DNA of 64,000 bases from a virus (IMGVR_UViG_2912723979_000001:23894-87893); one strand, 5' to 3'; shown: positions 27,576 through 37,871, numbered from the stretch's first letter. The notes: generated by a model not told the origin, from the letters alone. Numbers and translations are program-made.

Positions 27576-28529
27576 CTAGCTGGCGTTGCCCTCCAGCTCT
27601 TCCAGAAGTTCGCGCACCGCACTCTCCAGCTCCGCGGCCTCCCTGCGCGCCTGCTCCAAATCGTTCTGCGCGAGGGACCGGATACGCTCCACCGCCTTCA
27701 GTGACTCGCTCGGCGGAGCCGTCACCTCCTTCGGCTTCGCGGGTTTGCTGACCTCTAGCACCGACTCCAGCACCTTCGGCGGCGCGAACCCGAGGAACGT
27801 TGCCGCCTCCTTCAACGCCGTGTCGGTGACGTTCCCGTGCCGAGCGGCCTCCTGCCAGGTCTGCCGCACCGCGTCCACGCCATGGGTGTCGAGGATCGGC
27901 ACCAGCACACGCAGCGGCCGCTCCTTTAGCTCCTGCGTCGTGATGTCCTCGAGGGCCTGGGCGACACCGAGAACTCGGATGATGTTGTTTGCCTGGTGCT
28001 TCTTGATCCCGAAGCGGGCATCGGTCAGTTCACCGAAGGTGTCGAAGCCGGCCGTCTTATGCAGCTCCTCGTCCTTCAGAGCTTGCAGTCGCAGACCCAG
28101 CCCGATCAGCTTCTGCTGCTCGGCACGCTCATGGTTGGCGCGGGCCGCATACTGCACGGCAAGGATCCCGCGGGAGTAGAACTCCAGGCGCTCCTGCGGG
28201 TCACTGCTCTCCGGCTTGGTGAACTCCGGCATGGGCAGATACCCGGAAGCAGTTGCCCGGGCAGGTGCGGCAGGACGAGCCGCGGTCCCTGCAGCCGCTG
28301 CCGGCTCTGAGCCGAGCTGTGCGCCTTCTGCCGGCTCTGCGGCAGCAGGTGCCGGAACGAGGGGAACGGGCGCGGCTGCGGGTGTGGGTGGTTGGGCCTG
28401 CGCCTGACGGCGTTGCGCTTGTTCCTCCTCCCACCTCCGCATCTGCTCCTCACGGTCACCGGTGGACGAGGTAACCGCTCCGCCGACAACTGGTACGACA
28501 GGGGCGTCCTTCGGTTTGTACTTGCTCAC
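27576..28529 (-). CDS. ParA partner / centromere-binding candidate (non-canonical ParB)
   Basis: Coupled to parA; disordered N-terminus, GFDTFGELTDARFGIKKHQANNII HTH-like, C-terminal coiled coil; no GxxR CTPase motif seen. Confidence 0.6.
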   Translation of the reverse strand: MSKYKPKDAPVVPVVGGAVTSSTGDREEQMRRWEEEQAQRRQAQAQPPTPAAAPVPLVPAPAAAEPAEGAQLGSEPAAAAGTAARPAAPARATASGYLPMPEFTKPESSDPQERLEFYSRGILAVQYAARANHERAEQQKLIGLGLRLQALKDEELHKTAGFDTFGELTDARFGIKKHQANNIIRVLGVAQALEDITTQELKERPLRVLVPILDTHGVDAVRQTWQEAARHGNVTDTALKEAATFLGFAPPKVLESVLEVSKPAKPKEVTAPPSESLKAVERIRSLAQNDLEQARREAAELESAVRELLEELEGNAS

Positions 28530-29671
28530 GCCGTCAGCTCCTTCGCCAACGCCCGCATCACTTCGGCGTGCTGGGAGTCCGGCGCGTAGTCCAGCAGCGG
28601 CACCTCATAGTCGGACGCTTCACGGCCCTCGACTGCATCCTTCAGCGTGGCGAGCGTGCCCGGCGTGGTTAGTTCCTGCCAGCCCTCGTAGAAGGCCCTC
28701 ATCACGGTGCCCTTGCGGGAGTCGTAGGCGTTGACGACGAAGCCAAGCTGGTCGACGACCGCGCCCGTGCGCTTCTCGACGGTGTCGATCTGCCGGGACA
28801 GCAGCCCGTACGCCTTGAAGCTGGACTTGTCCGACCACACCGGGATCAGGATCCCGGATCGCTCGATCAGCTCGCCCGGCCGGCGCTGCACGTAGTGGAT
28901 GGCGAGGTCCATGGCGAGACCCAGGTTCGGCGGGCCGTCCAGGACGATGACGTCGTAGTCCTGCTCGATCGGGGCGAGCGCGTTGATGAGGGCGCGGTCA
29001 CGGCCGATCTGCATCACGGCCAGGTCGGCATCCATGAGGAAGGCGTCCTCGTCCGCGGGCAGCACGTGGAGGCGTCCGCCGAACCGGTCGTGAGGGAGTG
29101 CGACGAGGGAGCGGGCGATGTGCTTCTCGGCCTTGCCCGTCATGTGCCGCAGCAGGGACTCGCCGCCCTCGGGGATGCCCTCGATCTGCAGCCGGGACGA
29201 CAGGTGGCCCTGGGGGTCGTAGTCGACCAGGAGGACGCGCTTGCCGGCCTCTGCGCACGCCTGGGCGATGCCGGAGGAGACAAACGTCTTGCCGACGCCG
29301 CCCTTCTGGTTGCCGACCAGGATGCGCTGGACGGGCTGCTCGGTGAGCCGTTGGTCCGGGGACGGGTAGGCGTCCAGCCATACCTTGATGGCCTGGGCCA
29401 TGCCCTGGACCTTGGTGATGTGCCGTTCCTCGCAGGCGTCGATGAACCGTCCGGGCAGACCGACGGGCAGGAAGACGCCCCACGACTTGGCGCCCTGGAC
29501 GTCCGCTTCAGGGGCATTGGGTGTGTCGAGCCAGAGGCTGATGGCCGATGCTGCGGCGTCCTGCATGTTCAGGCCGTGCTCGGCGGCCCGGATGCGGAGG
29601 TCGCGCCGGAGGTCTGGCGCCAGATTGACGAGCAATTTTTCGCGTGATGCATCCGCGCTGGGGTGGGTCAT
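28526..29671 (-). CDS. parA: ParA-family ATPase with N-terminal tandem RHH-like domain
   Basis: NQKGGVGKT deviant Walker A, LLVDYDPQGHLS, YDVIVLDGPPNLG. Confidence 0.9.
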   Translation of the reverse strand: MTHPSADASREKLLVNLAPDLRRDLRIRAAEHGLNMQDAAASAISLWLDTPNAPEADVQGAKSWGVFLPVGLPGRFIDACEERHITKVQGMAQAIKVWLDAYPSPDQRLTEQPVQRILVGNQKGGVGKTFVSSGIAQACAEAGKRVLLVDYDPQGHLSSRLQIEGIPEGGESLLRHMTGKAEKHIARSLVALPHDRFGGRLHVLPADEDAFLMDADLAVMQIGRDRALINALAPIEQDYDVIVLDGPPNLGLAMDLAIHYVQRRPGELIERSGILIPVWSDKSSFKAYGLLSRQIDTVEKRTGAVVDQLGFVVNAYDSRKGTVMRAFYEGWQELTTPGTLATLKDAVEGREASDYEVPLLDYAPDSQHAEVMRALAKELTA

Positions 29672-30405
29672 GGCGAGCAAATTACCAGTCGCCTGGTGGA
29701 GGTTCGTGCACTGGTGCCGTGTTCAGGGAGAGGCCCACCCGAACGGCGCAGCTCGCCAGGGGAGTTGACGTCATGCCGTATTTGCCGTGGCTGCCGGGGT
29801 CTTCTGGTCACCCGTTCGAGTGGTCGCGGCCCGCGCGACTTCCCCTGGGCTGCGCTTGCCTGTTGGGGTGAAGGAGCCGCACCCGCCAGGGTGGCCGGCC
29901 GCCCGGCCGAGGACTGCCAGGGGGCACCCGGGCCGACAGCCGAGGTGCCCCTCCTCGGTCCCGGGTGGCCACTCAGCGACTCTCCGCCCGCGGCGGCAGC
30001 GACTTCCCTCAAGGGGCTATACCGCTGCGGAGTACCGCGCTTACACTGCCGTCACCAGACGGGTGCGCCAGGAGCGCATCTTGAGGTCTCACAGCCCCTG
30101 CAGCCCAGACGATGTTGTCGGCACTCCATCTGTCTGGGCCGTAGGGGCTGACCCATATCCGGGCAAACAAGATCAACGTGCTTATCATGCTGATACACAC
30201 ATCAGCACCTCAAAATTCGCCACACCCGTTAGGAATCCGGTCACAGGGCGGTGAAAACCACCAGCCGCCCTACGCGACCAAACGAATCGGTGCGAGAGTG
30301 GCAGACCCGAGACGTGGACTGGCAGCTGCGCCGAGGGAAAGGACCTGCGGGCCGACCACCCGCGGGTGATTCGAGGACCCTATCTGCCGGAGGAGCGGAG
30401 ACTCC

Positions 30406-30819
30406 ATGTCCGCAGCAGAGCCGGCCACCCCCCACACGCCCAAGCCCGCAGTGAGCGGCGAAGGCGCGGCCGTGATCCCCATCCGTACGCTGCGTGCCCG
30501 ACGCGGCACACCGACCATCCCTCGGGGGCGGAACACCGTGGACGAACCCCCCGCACTAGCCCCTGACCCATCCACCCCGCCTGAGCCGGCGGCTCGGGAC
30601 GCCGCGCTGCGGCTCGTCGCCGACGACATGGAGCGCGTGTTCAACCGGAGCGGGCGGACCCTCACCGACGACGAGACCGCCGCGGTGTACGTACTCACCC
30701 TCCAGCTGGTCGAGCACGCGCTGAAGGGCTCAGCCGCCAGCGGGATCATCAGCGAGGAGCAGCGGCAGGAGCTGGCCGTGCTGATAGAGGGCATGAGGGA
30801 AGCACCACGCCTGACGTGA
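30406..30819 (+). CDS. Hypothetical protein
   Basis: 137 aa, GGAG RBS. Confidence 0.6.
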   Translation: MSAAEPATPHTPKPAVSGEGAAVIPIRTLRARRGTPTIPRGRNTVDEPPALAPDPSTPPEPAARDAALRLVADDMERVFNRSGRTLTDDETAAVYVLTLQLVEHALKGSAASGIISEEQRQELAVLIEGMREAPRLT

Positions 30820-31045
30820 TGTCCGCATATGCCGGGGGTTCTTGCCGTTTGGTGACGGGCCGCCCGGCTCCCTCTCTGCACGATCTGTTGATCATCTCTT
30901 GCAGAGCGTTCAACTAACGCCTGCCACATGCCATGATGGGGCGTCCGGAATCACCCGGCGTGACACATCCGGTCTCCGGCGCGCGCCCCTGCACCACTGT
31001 CCAGGACGCCCCGCGCCCGGGGGCCACCGAGGGGACAGGGGACAC

Positions 31046-31600
31046 ATGGCCCACGGGGACACCACGGACGAAGCCGCAGCACGCCTCGGCGAACTCCACC
31101 AGTACTTCCGCGAATACCAGGCCACCGGCCCCCGCGAGGGACACGCCAGCACCGCGTCGGCGAGCGCACCGATGAGCCTGGGCGCCCTCGACCACATCAC
31201 CGCCTCCGTCCGCGAGATCGCCGAGCACACCCGGGCCGCCAACCCGGACGCCGGCCCGCTCCCGGAGCGCGTACAGGACTCCTACGCCTGGATGCACGAG
31301 AACCTGGCAGGCGCCGACGAGGCCGACCAACTGCGGGCCGCCGCCCTCGAGTACCGGCACTTCCTCGAGCACTGCCTGGAGCAGAACGACACCGAGACCG
31401 TCCGCAAGACGGTCCGTCAGCAGTCCTGCCCCAAGTGCGGATGCTGGGGCCTGATGTGGGTACCTGAGACGCGGCGTGCCTGGTGCACCAACACCGAGTG
31501 CGTCGACAAGGACGGTTTTTCGACCAGCCTGTCTCTGGGGAGGCTCGCCCATGCGCGTGCGGTGGCTCAGCAGGAAATCCGTCAGGTCCGTGCAACCTGA
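31046..31600 (+). CDS. Zn-ribbon protein
   Basis: CPKCGCWGLMW...AWCTNTEC. Confidence 0.65.
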   Translation: MAHGDTTDEAAARLGELHQYFREYQATGPREGHASTASASAPMSLGALDHITASVREIAEHTRAANPDAGPLPERVQDSYAWMHENLAGADEADQLRAAALEYRHFLEHCLEQNDTETVRKTVRQQSCPKCGCWGLMWVPETRRAWCTNTECVDKDGFSTSLSLGRLAHARAVAQQEIRQVRAT

Positions 31601-31732
31601 TGCGCCTGACGCGTGTCGTATCTAGCAGCACCCACAACTGAACACACTTTCAGCACAAGCGGGCCCGTGCGGTCCGCCCCGTATCGGCCGCCGGAGCTGC
31701 GAACGATGGCCGCCGACCCTCGGGAGGCCGTT

Positions 31733-31960
31733 ATGGCCGTTAGCCTCATCAGCCCCTACGTTGCCGCCGACGAGATCAAGCTCAAGGAAGCGGCCGACCT
31801 CCTCGCCGAGACCGGGCACCCCATCTCGGTGAGCACCCTGGAGCGCCTGTGCCGCCGGCAGGGCGTGCCGATGACGAAGCATGGTCGCGCCAACGCGGCG
31901 TCCTGGACCGAGCTGCTCAAGCTCCACCGCAACTGGGTCAACTCACGCCCCGGTAGCTGA
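31733..31960 (+). CDS. Small HTH DNA-binding protein (excisionase-like)
   Basis: GGGAGG RBS; IKLKEAADLLAETGHPISVSTLERLCRR. Confidence 0.65.
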   Translation: MAVSLISPYVAADEIKLKEAADLLAETGHPISVSTLERLCRRQGVPMTKHGRANAASWTELLKLHRNWVNSRPGS

Positions 31961-31973
31961 CCTTCTTGCCGTT

Positions 31974-32014
31974 GGCCCCACCCCTTAGGAAGCAGGGGGT
32001 CCGGGGCCTTTTTC
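31974..32014 (+). terminator. Intrinsic terminator
   Basis: GGCCCC...GGGGCC stem followed by TTTTTC. Confidence 0.6.
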
Positions 32015-32042
32015 ATGCCTGGATGCAGCTCCACCCGACAAG

Positions 32043-32080
32043 TGCATTGCTAAGCAATGCATAGAGCGGTACGGTAGAAC
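32043..32080 (+). promoter_or_regulatory. Promoter with palindromic operator (copy 1)
   Basis: TGCATTGCT-A-AGCAATGCA over TTGCTA-17-TACGGT. Confidence 0.85.
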
Positions 32081-32146
32081 CACTGGGAGGGCAACAACCC
32101 CTCCACCAGGGCCGTTTGCCCACCCACCACCTTCCCTGGAGCCACC

Positions 32147-32506
32147 GTGGCCGTGATGACGCACGCCTTCGCACGCCCCCAGACCGCCAACTACGGCGAC
32201 CTCACGGAGGCCCAGCAGGACCGCTTCGACGCCCTGCTCCGACAGGCCGACACCGCTGGCACCGGCCACGCCTACCAAGAAGCCATGGTCGAAGCCGCCC
32301 TCGTCGCCGGCCTGCCCGTTCCGAAGTCGAAGGACATTGCCCGCTGCTCCTGCTACACGGATGCCGGCGGCTGCGGCTGCGACGCCATCTTCGACTCGCA
32401 CCAGGACGGCGTGGTCGTCACCGCGGTCAACGACCCGGGCTTCAACCTCTCGCAGCTCCAGTGCCCGACCTGCGGCCACGACCACCCCCGGCCCATCGCC
32501 GACTGA
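32147..32506 (+). CDS. Cys-rich hypothetical protein
   Basis: RCSC...GCGC...CPTC. Confidence 0.6.
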   Translation: MAVMTHAFARPQTANYGDLTEAQQDRFDALLRQADTAGTGHAYQEAMVEAALVAGLPVPKSKDIARCSCYTDAGGCGCDAIFDSHQDGVVVTAVNDPGFNLSQLQCPTCGHDHPRPIAD

Positions 32507-32578
32507 CCCCGCCACCAGCCCCCGGCCGCGTACCGATACGGCTCTGCGCGGCCGGGTGACCACCCGAGGGAGAACCCC

Positions 32579-32995
32579 ATGAACAGCACCGCCCGGATCC
32601 TGCGCACTGCGGCCCGCTACATCAGCCAGCACGGCCTCCACACCGGCGAGCAGTTCGCAGAGGGCGCCACCCTCGACATCTGCGCCGCCATCTACATGGC
32701 CGCCCAGGCACCCGGCGCCAGCATCCCGGCCGCCTTCTACACCGACCAGGCCGCATCCATGGACATCCTCGAAGCCAGCGAGGACGCGATGGCCGCGCTG
32801 CGCGCCCTGTCCGCGTCGATCACCAACTACGCGGTGCCCGACACCAACGGGCAGCCCGACGTGATCGAGCACGTCTTCAACTGGACGGCCACGAGGGCCA
32901 TCAACTGCGCCAAGCCGCCCACGCTCACGGAGGTCATCGGTCGTATGACCCGTACCGCCGACGACCTCGACCAGACCACCGCCCACGCCGCCTGA
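32579..32995 (+). CDS. DUF6197-like protein
   Basis: ILRTAARYISQHGLHTG...DICAAIYMAA...VFNW. Confidence 0.65.
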   Translation: MNSTARILRTAARYISQHGLHTGEQFAEGATLDICAAIYMAAQAPGASIPAAFYTDQAASMDILEASEDAMAALRALSASITNYAVPDTNGQPDVIEHVFNWTATRAINCAKPPTLTEVIGRMTRTADDLDQTTAHAA

Positions 32996-33007
32996 AAGGC
33001 CACCGCC

Positions 33008-33307
33008 ATGACCACCATGACCACCGAGACGATCACGCCCAGCCCCTTCACCAACGACCCCTTCTACGCCCTCGGCGCCGCCGACGCCTACGACGAGTAC
33101 AACGCGGGCGAGAACGTCCACGACCTGGTGCGCCGCGCCGACGAGATGCTGGACGTCGCCCCCTCCGGCCGGGTTCCCGCGAACCTCTACGTCTGCGGCT
33201 ACGCCAACACCGTGCGCGGCATCCTCAACGGGCACATCACGCAGATCAACGCCCAGACCGAGGTCGCCCACCAGTGGCTGCAGAACACGCAGGGAAGGGC
33301 TGTCTGA
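33008..33307 (+). CDS. Hypothetical protein
   Basis: 99 aa, RBS. Confidence 0.6.
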   Translation: MTTMTTETITPSPFTNDPFYALGAADAYDEYNAGENVHDLVRRADEMLDVAPSGRVPANLYVCGYANTVRGILNGHITQINAQTEVAHQWLQNTQGRAV

Positions 33308-33738
33308 TGCCCGTCACCGTCTTCTCTTCCGTAGGAAGTCGGAAGTACCACTTCGACGAGGGCTGCAAGGCATTCGAGAACGCTCGGATACTCAATGGCC
33401 TGGACTGCGGCTGTGACAGCTACTGCTCCCACCGCGTCCCATTCATGCACGCTCGGACCTGCATGAGCATCACTAAGGCCGCCATGGACGGCAAGCTGCC
33501 TTGCCTCGTCTGCGTTCCGGAGCACCTGCGCGAGGTGCGCACGGCCGACGACTTCGGGCACAAGCCCATTCCGTGGCTGGCTGGGCAGACCGTCTGCGCC
33601 CGCTGCAAGACCCGCAGCCGCCGCTACTCACTCGACGAGTGGGGCAACGACCACAGCCACGGTCCGTACCTCGACCCTGTTCTCTGGCCGTGCACCAGCG
33701 CGATCGTCCTCGGCCTCGTACCACGGAACACCGAGTGA
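33307..33738 (+). CDS. Cys/His-rich hypothetical protein
   Basis: TGATG coupling; KYHFDEGC, PCLVC, CARC, WPCTSA. Confidence 0.6.
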   Translation: MPVTVFSSVGSRKYHFDEGCKAFENARILNGLDCGCDSYCSHRVPFMHARTCMSITKAAMDGKLPCLVCVPEHLREVRTADDFGHKPIPWLAGQTVCARCKTRSRRYSLDEWGNDHSHGPYLDPVLWPCTSAIVLGLVPRNTE

Positions 33739-33849
33739 CCTGGCCGGACGGCCTCGCCATCACCCTCGGCGTCACCACCATCGCCCTCCTCACTCACCCC
33801 CACAGCAGACGGAGCACCACCAAGACCCTCCCCAGGACGGAGGCCGACC

Positions 33850-34467
33850 ATGGCCACCAGGACCCGCAAGACCACCACCAAGCAGCCCCCGGCCCCCGCG
33901 AAGAAGACCGCCCGGAAGCCCGCGGCCAAGAAGACGCTCCCAACCGTGGCACCGGTCAACCGGGCCACCGTCGTTGACCTCCGCCGGCCCCTCCCGGTCC
34001 GCCGCCGCGCCATCGTCGGCCCCATGGGCTCCGTCGAGCAGGCCGCCATACGCGCCGCCCTCGCCGCCGCAGCCGCCCGCCTCCCCGTCCCCGTCCGCGC
34101 CTGGCACGGCCCCACCGCCCACCTCCACGACGGCACCGTCCTCACCCACACCCCCGCCCACGCCACCACCGACCAACAGCCCGCGTTCCACGCCGCGATC
34201 CGCTGCCCCCACGGCGCCATCCACGCCTACACCATCCACACCGCGCAGGAACTCACCCAGGCCCGCCAGCTCACCGCCGACTGCAACCAGCGCACCACCC
34301 CCGAGCCGACGGCACTGAACCCGGCCGTGCGAGCCCTCGGCGACGCCCTCACCCGCGCCAAGACCGCCAGCGCCGACACCCAGCCCCTGGACACCACGGA
34401 GATCGCGGCCGGCCTCACCGTTCGCGCCGACCACGAGAACCCGAAGGAACACCCTCACCGTGACTGA
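33850..34467 (+). CDS. Hypothetical protein with histone-like basic N-terminus
   Basis: KKTARKPAAKKT; GGAGG RBS. Confidence 0.6.
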   Translation: MATRTRKTTTKQPPAPAKKTARKPAAKKTLPTVAPVNRATVVDLRRPLPVRRRAIVGPMGSVEQAAIRAALAAAAARLPVPVRAWHGPTAHLHDGTVLTHTPAHATTDQQPAFHAAIRCPHGAIHAYTIHTAQELTQARQLTADCNQRTTPEPTALNPAVRALGDALTRAKTASADTQPLDTTEIAAGLTVRADHENPKEHPHRD

Positions 34468-34936
34468 CATCGACCCGATCGAAGAACTCTCCGACACCCT
34501 CTACGACGCGCTCTACGCCATCACCCCCTATGCCGAGCCCTACTTCGCCGACGAGGGCGAGGGCCTCAAGAACGCGGTGCGGGCCGTCCTCGGCCAGGCC
34601 GCTGCCCAGCAATGGATCGACAAGCAGCTCGCCGAAACCGGGATCCGCGCCATGGACTTCCGGAACGGCATGCAGATGGAGCTGGAGCCCGCCCGGGAAC
34701 TCCTCGCCGCCCAGGTCGCCGCCGCGCGCGCCATGCTCGGAGACGCACCGAACTACACCGAGACCAAGCTTGAGTTCGACGTCAAGGTCGCCGAGTCACC
34801 CGAGCTGTACACCATCGTCATCCAGCGACACGCTCCCGGCGCCCTCACCCCGCACGAAGCCCGGCAGAAGGCCGAAGCCAGGGTGGCTGAGTTGGAGGAG
34901 GAGCTGCGCCAGCTCCGAGGTGGGGCCCATGCCTGA
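34460..34936 (+). CDS. Hypothetical protein
   Basis: 158 aa, overlapping neighbours. Confidence 0.6.
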   Translation: MTDIDPIEELSDTLYDALYAITPYAEPYFADEGEGLKNAVRAVLGQAAAQQWIDKQLAETGIRAMDFRNGMQMELEPARELLAAQVAAARAMLGDAPNYTETKLEFDVKVAESPELYTIVIQRHAPGALTPHEARQKAEARVAELEEELRQLRGGAHA

Positions 34937-35162
34937 CACCGAGCAGCCCTACGTCGACACGCTCGCCAACCAGCTCCACACCCGGCACCCCGACCTACTC
35001 GCCACCGCGGAAAACGACCTCGCCGTCCTCCGCACCCGCATCGCCCTCACCGTCGCGTTCATCCACGACCCCACCTACGACCACAACGCACGCACCGCCC
35101 TCGCCCAACGCCTCGGCCTCCCCGGACCCGCCCACCCCAAGACGACCCCGGAGACGACATGA
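34929..35162 (+). CDS. Hypothetical protein
   Basis: GAGG RBS, ATG 34929. Confidence 0.55.
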   Translation: MPDTEQPYVDTLANQLHTRHPDLLATAENDLAVLRTRIALTVAFIHDPTYDHNARTALAQRLGLPGPAHPKTTPETT

Positions 35163-35761
35163 CCCTCACCTCCACCGCCCCCACCACCACCGGCCTCAGC
35201 ACCCCCGTAGTCATCGGTATCGACCCGTCCCTCACCGGCACCGGCATCGCCTCCAGCAACGGCTGGTGCGACGTCATCGGCTACAAGAAGACCCGATCCA
35301 AGGATCCCGGCATCACCCAGCTCCCCCACGCGGAACGCCTCACCGCCATGCGCGCCCTCGTCGACCAGGTCACCACCACCATCGGCAGCCCGCACCTGGC
35401 CGTCATGGAACTCCCCGCCCCCTCCCGCAGCGGCGGCGGCGCACACGAACGCGGCTGGTTCTGGTGGCAGATCTACAACCACCTCACCGCCAACGAGATC
35501 CCCGTCGGGCTCCTCACCCCCAACGCCCGCGCTCTGTACGCCACCGGCAAAGGCACCGCCGCTAAGGGAGCCGTCATCGACTCCATCACCCGACGGTTCC
35601 CCGACTGGGCCACCGAAGGCAACGACAACGCCGCCGACGCCGTCGCCCTCATGGCTGCCGGCCGGGACTGGCTCGGCCACCCCATCACCGATCTGCCCAA
35701 GACCCACCGGGCCGCCCTCGACAAGGCGGTCTGGCCGACCCTGACCGGAGCCCCCCGATGA
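35159..35761 (+). CDS. RuvC-like Holliday junction resolvase
   Basis: VIGIDPSLTGTG, AVME, YATGKG.A.K, DNAADAVAL. Confidence 0.85.
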   Translation: MTLTSTAPTTTGLSTPVVIGIDPSLTGTGIASSNGWCDVIGYKKTRSKDPGITQLPHAERLTAMRALVDQVTTTIGSPHLAVMELPAPSRSGGGAHERGWFWWQIYNHLTANEIPVGLLTPNARALYATGKGTAAKGAVIDSITRRFPDWATEGNDNAADAVALMAAGRDWLGHPITDLPKTHRAALDKAVWPTLTGAPR

Positions 35762-35979
35762 CCTGGCTGGCAGCCGCCGGACTCCTCCTCTACCTCGCCG
35801 GCATCGGACTCCTCGCCCACGCCTGGCAAGCCGGCATCCAACGCCACCCCGACATCCAGCGCTACGCCGACCTCAACCCCACCGGCGTCTCCCTCTGGCT
35901 CGCCATCGTCACCGTCGCATGGCCCGCCTTCCTCACCTACGCCCTCATCACGCACCTCACCCGACGGAGCCCCCGATGA
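35758..35979 (+). CDS. Small membrane protein
   Basis: Two hydrophobic helices. Confidence 0.55.
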   Translation: MTWLAAAGLLLYLAGIGLLAHAWQAGIQRHPDIQRYADLNPTGVSLWLAIVTVAWPAFLTYALITHLTRRSPR

Positions 35980-36407
35980 CCGCCACCACCAGCCACGCCA
36001 CAACAACCGCCGCGCCCAGGTGGGAGTACGCGCTGTGCGCCCAGACCGATCCCGACCTGTTCTTCCCTGAGGGAGGCGCCAAGATCAGCAACGCGGTGCA
36101 GCAGGCCAAGCAGGTCTGCGGCCGGTGCCCGATCCGGCGGGCGTGCCTGTCGTGGGCGCTGGAGACCCGGCAGCCTGCCGGTATCTGGGGCGGCATGTCG
36201 GAGAAGGAACGCCGGGTGCTGCTCGGGGTCCGGCTGTCGCAGACCGAGGTGTGCATGGAGCACCAGGAGTGGATTGAGAAGCAGATCGCTGCGGGGGTGT
36301 CGCAGCAGAAGATCGCTGACCGGCTGGGTGTAGCAAAGGCGTCGCTGTACCGGGCGCTGATCCGGTTCGAGGAGGAGCGGGTCGAGAACGCGATGAGGGC
36401 GGCATGA
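35976..36407 (+). CDS. WhiB-family regulator with C-terminal HTH
   Basis: ALCAQTDPDLFFP...VCGRCPIRRAC...GIWGGMSEKER. Confidence 0.9.
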   Translation: MTATTSHATTTAAPRWEYALCAQTDPDLFFPEGGAKISNAVQQAKQVCGRCPIRRACLSWALETRQPAGIWGGMSEKERRVLLGVRLSQTEVCMEHQEWIEKQIAAGVSQQKIADRLGVAKASLYRALIRFEEERVENAMRAA

Positions 36408-37216
36408 GCACCCTGTCCCCTGAGCAGCGCGGCGAACTCGCCGAGCAGATGCTGCCCGTGGCAGCGAACCTGGCTGTACTTGTCCATGGCGACGGAGGGC
36501 CCGAAGACGTTGCCGAGGTACTGGGCAGCTTGGACAGCACGCAGAAGGACGCCCTGCTCGTCGTTCTGGCTGGTCTGGTCGATCCGGACCAGCCGGTTGG
36601 GAAGGCGCTCGGCTGGCTGGACTTCGACGAGCACGGGAGTCTGACGGTGCCGTCGTGGTCCGAGCAGCGTTCGGTCCGCGACCTCGTCCCCGAGCCGAGT
36701 GAGGACCTGGATGGCGACTACGTGGACCAGGTCGCCGTCAGCAAGTTCGTTCACGGGTTCCGTGTCGACAGCATCACCGATGCGGAGTTCCTGACCGCGG
36801 TACAGCAGTGCGTGGCACAGGGGATGACCCTGGCTGATGTGAACCGGTTGCGGCGCTGGCCGGCGAAGACGGCGGAGAACTGGGTGCACCGGCTGCGGAA
36901 GCAGTATCAGCGCAGCGGCCGCGTCTTCCCGTCGTTGGCACAGCAGAGTCAGCAGGTGCTCACGGAGGCGCAGGTGGTGGCGATCCGGGAGAGGTCCCAC
37001 GCTGGGGCGACGGATCTCGAGGTGGCGATGAGCTTCGGGATCACGCAGAAGGCCGTCGGCGACATCTGCCGCGGGAAGAGGTATCCGCGTTTCGGCGGGC
37101 CGATCCGTCAGCCGAAGCAGGTGCACCGCTTGCCGGCGACGCGGGAGTTCATGTGCGGCCATGCGGACAACTCGCGGGCCGGACGACGTAACCAGACGAA
37201 GGAGAACGCGGCATGA
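36404..37216 (+). CDS. Putative DNA-binding protein
   Basis: C-terminal [12 protein letters not shown]...[19 protein letters not shown]. Confidence 0.6.
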   Translation: MSTLSPEQRGELAEQMLPVAANLAVLVHGDGGPEDVAEVLGSLDSTQKDALLVVLAGLVDPDQPVGKALGWLDFDEHGSLTVPSWSEQRSVRDLVPEPSEDLDGDYVDQVAVSKFVHGFRVDSITDAEFLTAVQQCVAQGMTLADVNRLRRWPAKTAENWVHRLRKQYQRSGRVFPSLAQQSQQVLTEAQVVAIRERSHAGATDLEVAMSFGITQKAVGDICRGKRYPRFGGPIRQPKQVHRLPATREFMCGHADNSRAGRRNQTKENAA

Positions 37217-37740
37217 GCGGCGAGACCGTGATCACTGTTGTCGGCAACCTGGTCGATGACCCCGAGCTGCGGTTCACGCCCGCTGGCGCGGCGGTCGCGA
37301 AGTTCCGGCTGGCGTCCACGCCGAGGACGTTCGACAAGCAGACGAACCAGTGGCAGGACGGCGAGAGCCTGTTCCTGACGTGCTCGGTGTGGCGGCAGGC
37401 CGCGGAGAACGTGGCCGAGTCCTTGCAGAAGGGGATGCGGGTCATCGTTCAGGGCCGGTTGAAGCAGCGGTCGTACGAGGACAAGCAGCAGGTGAAGCGG
37501 ACGGTGTACGAGCTGGATGTCGATGAGATCGGTCCGTCTCTGCGGTCGGCGACGGCGAAGGTGCAGAAGGCGTCGGGCAGCAGGTCGGGGTCGGGGCAGC
37601 GGGATGCGCGTCAGGCAGCGCAGCGGGCGGCGTCGGGGCCGGCGGATGATCCGTGGTCTTCCGGGGCGGCGGGTGGTCAGCAGGGTGCGTGGGGTGCTGG
37701 TGGCGGGCAGGGCGGCTACTCGGACGAGGCTCCTTTCTAG
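37213..37740 (+). CDS. ssb: Single-stranded DNA-binding protein
   Basis: [21 protein letters not shown]..., acidic DEAPF tail. Confidence 0.95.
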   Translation: MSGETVITVVGNLVDDPELRFTPAGAAVAKFRLASTPRTFDKQTNQWQDGESLFLTCSVWRQAAENVAESLQKGMRVIVQGRLKQRSYEDKQQVKRTVYELDVDEIGPSLRSATAKVQKASGSRSGSGQRDARQAAQRAASGPADDPWSSGAAGGQQGAWGAGGGQGGYSDEAPF

Positions 37741-37797
37741 GGCGTCTGTTCAGCGAGGGGTCTGGTCTTCGGGCTTGGCCCCTTACTCAGACCCGCA

Positions 37798-37836
37798 ATG
37801 CATTGCTAAGCAATGCATATAGCGGTACGGTGGAGC
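37798..37836 (+). promoter_or_regulatory. Promoter with palindromic operator (copy 2)
   Basis: ATGCATTGCT-A-AGCAATGCAT over TTGCTA-17-TACGGT. Confidence 0.85.
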
Positions 37837-37871
37837 CCATCAAGTCCCACCGCTCTAGCCCAGGGACCCCC

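Noticed and set aside
29680-30405. Origin or ncRNA in the long intergenic region upstream of parA
   Set aside because: Only a modest AT-rich patch (about 30160-30240); no iterons, DnaA boxes or convincing structure found by eye
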